The notes under the pieces were generated by a model. The model ran no database searches. It was not told the DNA's origin and saw only the letters and a program-made list of their open reading frames with translations. The translations under genes and the position numbers were made by a program. A stretch of DNA of 32,000 bases, taken from assembly GCA_038823825.1 (NCBI GenBank), contig JAWBCC010000001.1, positions 180,001 through 212,000 of the forward strand. Direction: 5' to 3'. The DNA comes from Candidatus Hadarchaeales archaeon. Lineage in GTDB: Archaea > Hadarchaeota > Hadarchaeia > Hadarchaeales > Hadarchaeaceae. Below are positions 1-7,898 of the stretch, piece by piece (within the stretch, counting starts at the first letter, position 1; the number at the start of each line of letters is the position of its first letter).

Positions 1-1
1 A

Positions 2-469
2 GGAAGTCCACTACAAAATTTGATTTTGAAAAAGAAATACGAAACAAAAATAACAGCTTTTCGGATCGGCAGAGACATAGATGCTGGGGAAATTTATTTG
101 AAAGTCCCATTTTACATAGGATTGGGTAGCGCAGAGGAAATTTTTATTAAAGCATCTGAGATCATTTTCACAAAAATGATTCCTCAAATTTTAGAATCCA
201 GACCAATTCCTGTACCACAAACGGGGGAAGTAGTAATTTTCAAAAGAAGAAGCCCAGAGGAAAGTAATTTAGCAGGAGCAGATATTAAAAATCTCGATGA
301 TCTTTATGATTTCATAAGAATGTTGGACGCTGAGGGATACCCCAGAGCTTTCATTAAGATAAATAATGTGGTAATCTTGTTTTCAGAAGCACACAAGAAG
401 GAAGGAAAAGTAGTTGGGAGGTTTGAGGCAGTTGAAGAACAAAATTCTGGCTATAGTAGCGCACCCTGA
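2..469 (+). CDS. Formyltransferase-like protein, 5'-truncated by the window edge (C-terminal part only)
   Basis: The frame of ORF 20..469 stays open back to nt 2, so the gene enters from upstream. The visible part resembles the end of the Fmt/PurN-type formyltransferase catalytic domain (ITAFRIGRDIDAGEIYLK, then PQTGEVVIFKRRSPEES..LDDLYDFIRMLDAEGYPRAFI). It lies directly upstream of the deacetylase, pseH and pseI. Confidence 0.55.
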   Translation, partial: GSPLQNLILKKKYETKITAFRIGRDIDAGEIYLKVPFYIGLGSAEEIFIKASEIIFTKMIPQILESRPIPVPQTGEVVIFKRRSPEESNLAGADIKNLDDLYDFIRMLDAEGYPRAFIKINNVVILFSEAHKKEGKVVGRFEAVEEQNSGYSSAP

Positions 470-1109
470 TGATGAAATTTTAGGATGTGGTGGAACTCTA
501 GCCAAGTTTGCAAAACAGGGATGGGAAGTATATGTGCTGAGTCTTAGTCGCGGCGTAACTTCGCGATACGAAAGTGAAGAAAAAAGTAGCAAAAAAAAGA
601 TTAGTGAGTTAGAAATTCAGGCTCGAGAGGCAAATAAGATAATTGGCACAAAGCGACTTTTCATGCTCGATTTTCCAGACAATATGTTTGATACAATACC
701 CCTACTTAAAATTGTAAAATCAATTGAAAAAATTAAAAACATGATACGTCCTAGTTTTGTTTTTACTCACTTCAGAGAGGATCTCAATATTGATCATAGA
801 ATAACATATGAGGCAACTATTACTGCAATGAGGCCTTTACCTAATGAAACCGTGAAAGAGATACTTTCCTTCGAAATAATGTCTTCAACGGAATGGCGGT
901 ACCCCACTCGTTTTTCACCAAATGTATTTGTCGATATATCGGATACGATTGATCTAAAGCTTCATGCCATGGAGGCCTACAAAGAGGAGTTGAGAACACC
1001 TCCTCACCCCCGCTCTCTCGAAACTATAAAATTTAATGCGGCAGTTTGGGGAAGTAAAGTTGGTCTAAAATTTGCCGAAGCCTTTGAATTAATACGGAAA
1101 GTATGCTAA
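432..1109 (+). CDS. PIG-L/LmbE-family N-acetyl-sugar deacetylase
   Basis: N-terminal ILAIVAHPDDEILGCGGT motif and a later NIDHRI (HxDH-like) motif. The ORF track starts it at TTG 414. I prefer TTG 432 (MKNKILAIVAHPDDE) because GGGAGG at 416-421 sits about 10 nt upstream. Either start overlaps the end of the preceding gene. Confidence 0.8.
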   Translation: MKNKILAIVAHPDDEILGCGGTLAKFAKQGWEVYVLSLSRGVTSRYESEEKSSKKKISELEIQAREANKIIGTKRLFMLDFPDNMFDTIPLLKIVKSIEKIKNMIRPSFVFTHFREDLNIDHRITYEATITAMRPLPNETVKEILSFEIMSSTEWRYPTRFSPNVFVDISDTIDLKLHAMEAYKEELRTPPHPRSLETIKFNAAVWGSKVGLKFAEAFELIRKVC

Positions 1110-1125
1110 TTTATGGTCTGATAGA

Positions 1126-1725
1126 ATGAAGCAGAAACACGGAAACTTGGCAAATTTACGTCTGAAAAAATTCAAAATTGATGATATAGAGCTGATTAAT
1201 TTCGTGAATTTAAACAAAGACGAGAAGAACATCGTTTTGAAGATGAGAAATCATGATACAGTGAGGAAGTGGATGTATAATAATAGGATCATCTCGCCGC
1301 ACGAACATTACCGTTTTATTTGGTCTCTCAAAAAAGATTCAAAAAACTTCTATTTTTTGGTCAGGAGGCAAAACAAATTTATGGGGGTAGTGTATCTAAC
1401 CAGAGTGGATTTCATGAACAGAAACGGATATTTGGGTCTGTATGCGAATCCTTTTTTTTCTGAGAAAAAAATTGGAACAATTTTGGGAAATATTCTTCTA
1501 AAACTTGCTTTCGACATTGCGGGACTTCACACTCTGAAGCTGGAGGTCATAGAGGACAACGAGAGGGCGATACATCTATATAAAAAATTGGGTTTTGTCG
1601 AAGAAGGAAGGTTGAGAGAATTTGTCTTCAGAGATGGAAAGTGGAAAGACGTAATTATTATGGGAATGACCGAAGAGGAATATCGGAGAAAGCGTCATGA
1701 AAGTGGAGTTGAAAATAGGAGATAG
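1126..1725 (+). CDS. pseH: GNAT acetyltransferase, PseH-type (UDP-4-amino-4,6-dideoxy-N-acetyl-beta-L-altrosamine N-acetyltransferase)
   Basis: Matches the remembered C. jejuni PseH pattern: ..MRNHDTVRKWM..ISPHEHYRFIWSLKKDSKNFYFLV.., plus a GNAT core (IGTILGNILLKLAF, AIHLYKKLGF). Its 3' end overlaps pseI by 29 nt. Confidence 0.8.
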   Translation: MKQKHGNLANLRLKKFKIDDIELINFVNLNKDEKNIVLKMRNHDTVRKWMYNNRIISPHEHYRFIWSLKKDSKNFYFLVRRQNKFMGVVYLTRVDFMNRNGYLGLYANPFFSEKKIGTILGNILLKLAFDIAGLHTLKLEVIEDNERAIHLYKKLGFVEEGRLREFVFRDGKWKDVIIMGMTEEEYRRKRHESGVENRR

Positions 1726-2749
1726 AATAATCGGCGAGGGGCATCCAGTATTCATAGTCGCCGAGCTTTCCGCAAATCATCTTCAAAAGTTGGACTTGGC
1801 GAAAGAAACGATAAAAGCCATGAAAAAGGCGGGCGCGGACGCGGTAAAGCTCCAGACTTACACTCCCGATACGCTTACGATAAACTCAAAAAAGGATTAT
1901 TTTAAAATCAAACAGGGGACGCCTTGGGACGGCCACTATCTCTACGATCTCTACAAACAGGCTTACATGCCTTGGGAATGGCACGAGGAGTTATTTGATC
2001 TCGCCAGAAAACTAAATCTCATATGCTTTTCCACACCATACGAGAGAACCGCCGTCGATTTTTTGAAAAAGTTTGATGTTCCAGCCTACAAAATCGCTTC
2101 TTTTGAGGTAACCGATATCCCCTTCATCGAATATGTCGCCAGCCAAGGAAAACCGGTGATGATCTCAACGGGAATCGCTACCCTCTCCGATATCGAGGAA
2201 GCTCTCACCGCCTGCAGGAGGGTCGGTAATGATCAGGTCATCCTCCTAAAGTGTGTCTCAGAATATCCAACACCTTTGGAAAATGTCAATTTATTGACGA
2301 TCTCCGACATGAGGAAAAGGTTCGGAGTTCTTGTAGGTCTTTCAGACCACACTCGCGGAATCTCTGTTCCAGTCGCCAGCGTGGCTCTGGGTGCGGTTTT
2401 GATAGAAAAGCACTTCATACTGGATAGAACGATCGGCGGACCTGACAGCGCTTTTTCGCTGGAGCCAAGAGAATTCTCGGAGATGGTGAAGGCAGTCAGA
2501 GAGGTTGAGAAGGCTCTCGGCAAACCGACCTATGAACTTACGGAAAAACAAAAGAAGAGCCGGCAGTTAGCAAGGTCGCTTTTCGTCGTTAGGGATGTAA
2601 AGAAAGGAGAGATGTTTACCGAGGAGAACGTCAGATCGATAAGACCAAACTACGGCCTACCACCGAAGTATCTCAAAGAAATCCTCGGCAGAAGGGCAAA
2701 GTTTGACATAGAAGCAGGCACACCCCTGACTTGGGAAATGATAGAGTAA
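1697..2749 (+). CDS. pseI: Pseudaminic acid synthase (NeuB family, PseI-type)
   Basis: Collinear with remembered C. jejuni PseI over the full length: PVFIVAELSANH, GADAVKLQTYTPDTLT, LYDLYKQAYMPWEWH, AYKIASFE, LLKCVSEYPTP, GLSDHT, SLFVVRDVKKGEMFTEENVRSIRPNYGLPPKYLKEILGRRA (SAF domain). GGAGA lies 7 nt upstream of the ATG. Confidence 0.9.
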   Translation: MKVELKIGDRIIGEGHPVFIVAELSANHLQKLDLAKETIKAMKKAGADAVKLQTYTPDTLTINSKKDYFKIKQGTPWDGHYLYDLYKQAYMPWEWHEELFDLARKLNLICFSTPYERTAVDFLKKFDVPAYKIASFEVTDIPFIEYVASQGKPVMISTGIATLSDIEEALTACRRVGNDQVILLKCVSEYPTPLENVNLLTISDMRKRFGVLVGLSDHTRGISVPVASVALGAVLIEKHFILDRTIGGPDSAFSLEPREFSEMVKAVREVEKALGKPTYELTEKQKKSRQLARSLFVVRDVKKGEMFTEENVRSIRPNYGLPPKYLKEILGRRAKFDIEAGTPLTWEMIE

Positions 2750-2752
2750 GAA

Positions 2753-4078
2753 TCAGGTTAGCCTCTTGAATCCAGCATGGGCGACTGGTCCTTTCAGCAT
2801 GCTTTGAACTTTCTCATCCGCGATGGCTTTAGCAAGAATTTCGAAAACTTCGTCGACATTTCCGAGATACTTCTCGATGCATTCTTCTGTGTGGCTATAG
2901 GAGACATAAAAGCTCTTGGATGCTAAAAATCCTCTCTCGAGCATTTCCTGCGTGAAGAGAGTGTATATCTCCTGGTTTATCTCTCCATAGCCCAGCTTGT
3001 AAGTGGCCAGAGCCGGCATTCCGACAACCTCAAGTTTTAGACCGTTTTCATCTGCCATCTCTTTCCATCCTTTCATAACCTTCTCACCGATTTTTCTCAC
3101 GTGCGCAGGTACTCTACACCTCTTCAGCTTTCTGATGGTCGCGATAGCCGCCGCCGGTCCTATCCTTTCCGTCCAGTAAGTGCTGCTTATAAAGCTCTCC
3201 TGCGCCACATCCATCACTTCTCCTCGCCCGATAACAGCACCCATTGGGAAGCCGTTACTCATAGCCTTCCCGAAAACGGCAATGTCAGGATAGACCCCAT
3301 AAAGCATGTGAATTCCACCGACATTCATTCTCCACCCCGAAGATATTTCATCAAAAATCAGGACCGCTCCGATTTCGTCGGCGATTTTCCTCACTTTCTG
3401 AAGGAAGCCGTTTTTCGGTTCTTGTTCCCTTCTCGGTTCCATCACAATAACTCCAATATCGTCGTTTTCCTGGATGATTTTTTCTAATTCCTCTATCTTG
3501 TTGTAATGGAAAGGCAATGCTGTGCCTTTTAGAACTCTGGGAACCCCAAGCGGCTTTAAGCCAGGAAGGAGGTGTCCATCAAGACTTCGCTCATCCGCTA
3601 AATTTGCCGCTAGATACCAGTCATGCCAGCCGTGATATCCGCAGAAAGCGATTTTGTCTTTTCGGGTATATGCTCTGGCAATTCTGACAGCAACCGCCAT
3701 TGCTTCCCCACCAGTTCTTGTATATCTGACCATCTCAGCCCAAGGATGGAGTTTTAAAAGAAGTTCGGCGAGCTCGACCTCTTCCGGAGAGTTCAAGGTA
3801 CACATCGAGCCCTCGTTTATCACTTTCTTCACGGCTTCGTTCACATCGTCATCCGAGTAACCGAGAATGCAGGCGCCAATCCCCATATATGTATCGATGT
3901 ATCTGTTTCCATCTAGATCCCACACCTCAACCCCTTTTGCTCGTCGAAAGTACGATGGCCACTGCTCGGGTAGAAACATCTCTGCCCTTTTCGAGAGGAG
4001 CTGTGTTCCTCCCGGAATGAGCTTTTTGGCTTTTTTCCAGAGTTTTATACCTTTGCTGGGCTTTCTCACATTCATCAC
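2753..4078 (-). CDS. Class-III (glutamate-1-semialdehyde aminomutase-like) PLP aminotransferase
   Basis: 441 aa with LIPGGTQLLSKR, TRTGGEAMAVAVRIARAYT, IFDEISSGWR and the putative PLP lysine in AVFGKAMSNGFP. The ATG overlaps the upstream gene's stop (ATGA at 4075-4078). Confidence 0.8.
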   Translation of the reverse strand: MMNVRKPSKGIKLWKKAKKLIPGGTQLLSKRAEMFLPEQWPSYFRRAKGVEVWDLDGNRYIDTYMGIGACILGYSDDDVNEAVKKVINEGSMCTLNSPEEVELAELLLKLHPWAEMVRYTRTGGEAMAVAVRIARAYTRKDKIAFCGYHGWHDWYLAANLADERSLDGHLLPGLKPLGVPRVLKGTALPFHYNKIEELEKIIQENDDIGVIVMEPRREQEPKNGFLQKVRKIADEIGAVLIFDEISSGWRMNVGGIHMLYGVYPDIAVFGKAMSNGFPMGAVIGRGEVMDVAQESFISSTYWTERIGPAAAIATIRKLKRCRVPAHVRKIGEKVMKGWKEMADENGLKLEVVGMPALATYKLGYGEINQEIYTLFTQEMLERGFLASKSFYVSYSHTEECIEKYLGNVDEVFEILAKAIADEKVQSMLKGPVAHAGFKRLT

Positions 4079-4839
4079 TTTTTTACAATCTCTCTGTCTT
4101 CTCTTAACGATTTTTCGTATCCTTCATTCCTTTTTATGCCGCGGTTTATTTCGGCAAGTTCAGGATGCTCCTTCAGCAACTCCAAAACATCCTGCATGTG
4201 AAAGATTTCTTTTCCAATTCTTTCGTAAACCTCTCTCACAAATCTCAGATCCTCTTCTCTGTCGACGGTCCAACGCAAATGAGAGAGATCATGCTCAGCC
4301 TCAAAACTTCCTATCTTAAATTTTTCGGGATGTTTTCGTATGTATGGTGTGACGTGCTCTCTCTCCGAAAGTTTGGTGGCATTCTCCCACGCCTTTTTCA
4401 AAGCATCAAACGAGAACACCTCCACATCGAGTCCATCCGGAAAAGTTGGCCTGACAGTATTGCTCACATAATCAAAATCACCTTTCAAGAAAAATTCCAC
4501 CGTTTTATCGACGATTTCTGGGTCAATAAGAGGACAATCAGCGGTAATCCGAACAACAACGTCCGCTTTAAATTCTTTGGCCGCCCGATAATATCTGTCT
4601 AAAACATCATCTTCGCTACCCCGGAAGGTCTTGACCCTGCACTGCTCTGCAATTTTTACGATTTCATCATCTTCAGCATTTGTTGTAGTGGCTACAACGA
4701 TTTCATTTATGAGCTTAGCTCTTTTCACCCGCTCTATCACATACCATAACATGGGTTTTCCACAGATCTCTTTCAGAACTTTGCCCGGAAGACGGGTAGA
4801 TCCCACTCTCGCTTGTATGATAGCTACAGTTTTTCTCAT
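4075..4839 (-). CDS. SpsF/COG1861-type cytidylyltransferase, candidate CMP-nonulosonate synthetase
   Basis: MRKTVAIIQARVGSTRLPGKVL..GKPML...VVATT..DDEI...FRGSEDDVLDRYY...VVRITADCPLIDP. Start set at ATG 4839 (M40 of the track ORF), which sits immediately after the upstream stop at 4842-4844. The longer ORF would run into the upstream gene. Confidence 0.8.
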   Translation of the reverse strand: MRKTVAIIQARVGSTRLPGKVLKEICGKPMLWYVIERVKRAKLINEIVVATTTNAEDDEIVKIAEQCRVKTFRGSEDDVLDRYYRAAKEFKADVVVRITADCPLIDPEIVDKTVEFFLKGDFDYVSNTVRPTFPDGLDVEVFSFDALKKAWENATKLSEREHVTPYIRKHPEKFKIGSFEAEHDLSHLRWTVDREEDLRFVREVYERIGKEIFHMQDVLELLKEHPELAEINRGIKRNEGYEKSLREDREIVKK

Positions 4840-4841
4840 CC

Positions 4842-5834
4842 TTAGACCCTCACCACTCTTCCGGTTTTCGCGGATAGTTTCGCAGCAAGCGCTATTTCCA
4901 AGGTCATTTTTCCCTCCTCGCCATTTACTTCCGGTCTGTCTTTTCCCTCCAAACATTTTATGAAATGTCTCATTTCCTCTACATACATTCTATTCCAGTC
5001 ACATCCCCGATACACATTTCGCCATTTTTTGTTTTTTGCCAGAAAAACTCTTACACTTCCAGCGGGGAAACTCCAGACAACAGTTCCTTCCTCTCCTACG
5101 ATCTCGCACATTCTAGAATAATCCCTCCTCACGAAATCGATATGAACGTTTGAAAGTTTGTTTTTTTCATGCTTCATGAGAATGCTCGCCGTATCCTCGA
5201 CATTGATTTCAAGCGGGCTCAACTTTCCAGCGAAACAAAAGACCTCATTGACATTTCCCAAAAGCCATCTCATATAGTCTATCTCATGTGATCCGTCCAA
5301 AATTATTCCGCCACCCATCTCCTTCCTAGCTGTGTAGCTTTTCCGATAATCCTGCCAAGGTCTCCAGTCAGGAAGATATTGCTCAGCCTGTGCTCTACCG
5401 AACATCACTTTTCCGATCTCTCCACTTTCGATAATTTTTTTCACGAGTCGCATACCGGGATGAAATCTGAAATTGTATCCCACCGAAATGATCAAACCCT
5501 TTTTCTCTGCTTCTTCGATAATTTCGTCTACACCATCCATCGAGTGGGAGAGGGGTTTTTCGATGAACACATTTGCACCCGCATGCAAGGCCTGCCTGGC
5601 AAGAGGGACATGATTAACCGGAGGCGTACAGATGAGAGCCCCATCAGGTTTTTTCGCTAACGCCGATTCCAAATTCTTCTCGATTTCTACTCCATATTTT
5701 TCTCCAACATATTTGAGCCTCTTCGCATCGCTGTCGTATGCCGAAAGTTTTTTGATCCCCAACGAAAGCAGATTTTTAATGTGACGTTCTCCTATAGACC
5801 CACATCCTACAACCAAAATTTTAAGGTCCTTCAT
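4842..5834 (-). CDS. Gfo/Idh/MocA-family NAD(P)-dependent oxidoreductase
   Basis: N-terminal Rossmann motif ILVVGCGSIGERH and an EKP motif (VFIEKPLS). Length of 330 aa is typical. The start overlaps the pseC stop by 4 nt. Confidence 0.8.
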   Translation of the reverse strand: MKDLKILVVGCGSIGERHIKNLLSLGIKKLSAYDSDAKRLKYVGEKYGVEIEKNLESALAKKPDGALICTPPVNHVPLARQALHAGANVFIEKPLSHSMDGVDEIIEEAEKKGLIISVGYNFRFHPGMRLVKKIIESGEIGKVMFGRAQAEQYLPDWRPWQDYRKSYTARKEMGGGIILDGSHEIDYMRWLLGNVNEVFCFAGKLSPLEINVEDTASILMKHEKNKLSNVHIDFVRRDYSRMCEIVGEEGTVVWSFPAGSVRVFLAKNKKWRNVYRGCDWNRMYVEEMRHFIKCLEGKDRPEVNGEEGKMTLEIALAAKLSAKTGRVVRV

Positions 5835-6973
5835 CGGGAAATCTCCCTCCCGATTTCTTTGACCACAGATATTGTTCTCATGACATCCTCATCCGTCATT
5901 TTGGGAAATAAGGGCAAGGTGACTATTCTTTCGCTAATGTCTTCAGCCACTGGAAAATCTTCTGGTCTGAAACCGAATTTTTCCCTATAATAGGAAAATT
6001 TGTAGACGGGAATGTAGTGCACCGCCGCACCGATTCCCCTCTCCCTAAGATGAAGAATGAATTCATCTCTGTTGATCCCTTTACAGACAAGCACGGTGAA
6101 AATATGCCAAGCATGCCGAACGTGAGGTCGAGAAATCGGAAGTTCTACGAAAGGAACGTCAGCCAGTTCCTCCATGTAGATTTTGACGATCTCTTCTCTT
6201 CTTTTGAGGAAATATTCTAGCTTTTTCAGTTGGGAAAGACCGAGCGCAGCCTGAAAATCTGTCATTCTGTAATTTCTGCCCAGCATCTTCACATCGTATG
6301 TCCATTTCCCCTTAGGTCCAAACCTCTCAAGCGCGGCGGTTTCAACACCCTGATTTCTAAGGATTCGCATTTTTTCAGCGAGCTCATCATCATCAGTAAC
6401 GCACATCCCGCCCTCTCCTGTTGTGATATGCTTCACAGGATGGAAACTGAATATTGTGATGTCTGCGAAACTTCCAACCTTTTTTCCTTTATACTCGGCA
6501 CCAAGCGCGTGGGCTGCATCTTCAATCAGCCATAAGTCATTCTCCTCAGCAATCCTTTTCAGCTCATCGATTTCACAGGGATGCCCGGCAAAGTCAACGT
6601 AAATTATCGCCCTTGTTTTTTCGTTTATTTTTTTCTCGACCTCTTCGGGGTTTATATTAAAGGTATCTTTTTCTATGTCGGCGAAGACAGGCTTGAGCCC
6701 AGCATACAGGATAGAGTGCGCTGTAGCCACAAACGTAAATGGTGTTGTTATCACTTCTCCGCTCTCTATCTCCAAAGAATTGACAGCGATATCCAACGCG
6801 GCAGTCCCGGAGTTGACCGCAATCCCGTGTTTGCTCCCGACGTAATCGCATACAGCATTTTCAAATTCTTTAACTTTACTGCCCATTACGATCCAATCAC
6901 TTCGCAGAACCTTCACAACTTCTTCGATATCTTTCTCATCTATCCAGTGAAGTCCGTATGGAAGGAACTTCAT
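5831..6973 (-). CDS. pseC: DegT/DnrJ/EryC1-type sugar aminotransferase, PseC-like
   Basis: MKFLPYG..IDEKDIEEVVKVLRSDWI..G.KV.EFE, then IFSFHPVKHITTGEGG containing the PLP lysine, as in remembered C. jejuni PseC (SFHPVKPITTFEGG). Start set at ATG 6973 (M22 of the track ORF), giving a 4-nt overlap with the upstream stop at 6970. Confidence 0.8.
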   Translation of the reverse strand: MKFLPYGLHWIDEKDIEEVVKVLRSDWIVMGSKVKEFENAVCDYVGSKHGIAVNSGTAALDIAVNSLEIESGEVITTPFTFVATAHSILYAGLKPVFADIEKDTFNINPEEVEKKINEKTRAIIYVDFAGHPCEIDELKRIAEENDLWLIEDAAHALGAEYKGKKVGSFADITIFSFHPVKHITTGEGGMCVTDDDELAEKMRILRNQGVETAALERFGPKGKWTYDVKMLGRNYRMTDFQAALGLSQLKKLEYFLKRREEIVKIYMEELADVPFVELPISRPHVRHAWHIFTVLVCKGINRDEFILHLRERGIGAAVHYIPVYKFSYYREKFGFRPEDFPVAEDISERIVTLPLFPKMTDEDVMRTISVVKEIGREISR

Positions 6974-7896
6974 GCTCCCGCCAGCCATTGCTCGGTTTTC
7001 TTTATTCCCTCCTCCAAACTTATTGCAGGTTTCCATCCTAGAAGTTTTCTTGCTTTCGAAAAATCACATACGAGTTTTCTTATTTCAGCCTGTGGATGTG
7101 GATGCTTCACATGCTTTATCATTTTATTATTTCCACAGATCATAAGTGCGAGTTCGTTTATGCTCACATCTCTTCCAGTTCCCGCATTGATGATCTCACC
7201 CACAGCCCTTCTGCTCTCCATAGCCCTTACGATGAAGTCTGCACAGTCCTCGACATAAAGAAGATCGCGCGTCTGTTCGCCATCCCCGAAAACTAGGAGA
7301 GGTTTCTTCTCCAACTTTCTCTTGATGAAAATGCTAACTACCCCACCCTCGCTGTCGCTTCGCTGGAAAGGCCCGTAGGTGTTAAATGGTCTCGTTACGA
7401 CAACAGGCAATCCGTATGCCCGGAAGTAGGAGAGCGCAAGTTCCTCTCCTGCAAGCTTAGAACTGGCGTAAGGGGAGGCCGGCTTTACCGGGTGGTTCTC
7501 ACTTATCGGTTTTCCCAGACTGGTATCATAGACTAAACAAGTTCCAACGAGCACGAGTTTCGCATCACGTCTTCTGCATTCCTCCAAAACATTATGAGTT
7601 CCGATAACATTCACCCGAAATGTTTCCTCCGGATCTTCTATCGATTTCTGAACATTTATTTGGGCAGCAAGGTGAACGCAGATATCAACATCTTCAAAAA
7701 CTTTCTTCATTTTTCTGACATCTAGAACATCTCCCTTGACAAATTTGAAACATTTGTTTTTCAAGAATTCGTTTATGTTCGCTAAGCTGCCGCTACTCAA
7801 GTTGTCGTAAGCGATGACATTATAGTCAGAGGAAAGAAGCCTCTTCACAACCCATCTACCGATAAATCCTGCGCCCCCGGTGACCAGAACCTTCAA
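6970..7896 (-). CDS. Extended-SDR NAD-dependent sugar epimerase/dehydratase
   Basis: MKVLVTGGAGFIGRWV Rossmann motif and a YxxxK catalytic motif (SPYASSKLAGE). 308 aa. It sits between the CapD-type dehydratase and pseC. Confidence 0.8.
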   Translation of the reverse strand: MKVLVTGGAGFIGRWVVKRLLSSDYNVIAYDNLSSGSLANINEFLKNKCFKFVKGDVLDVRKMKKVFEDVDICVHLAAQINVQKSIEDPEETFRVNVIGTHNVLEECRRRDAKLVLVGTCLVYDTSLGKPISENHPVKPASPYASSKLAGEELALSYFRAYGLPVVVTRPFNTYGPFQRSDSEGGVVSIFIKRKLEKKPLLVFGDGEQTRDLLYVEDCADFIVRAMESRRAVGEIINAGTGRDVSINELALMICGNNKMIKHVKHPHPQAEIRKLVCDFSKARKLLGWKPAISLEEGIKKTEQWLAGA

Positions 7897-7898
7897 AT

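Noticed and set aside
590-1475. Homopolymer tracts in glycan genes (A8 at ~591-598, T8 at ~1452-1459, A7 at ~1464-1470, several T7 runs elsewhere) as slipped-strand phase-variation switches.
   Set aside because: Runs of 7-8 A or T are expected by chance in roughly 30% GC coding sequence rich in Lys and Phe codons. No long poly-G/C or multi-unit repeats were seen, so there is no evidence of variation from a single sequence.
4840-4956. N-terminal extensions offered by the ORF track: 4840-4956, 6974-7036, 11817-11864, 12860-13012, 17989-18090 and 26487-26504.
   Set aside because: The extensions run into the 3' end of the upstream gene and have no counterpart at the N-termini of homologs. In each case an internal ATG sits right after the upstream stop, often with a GGAGG-like site.
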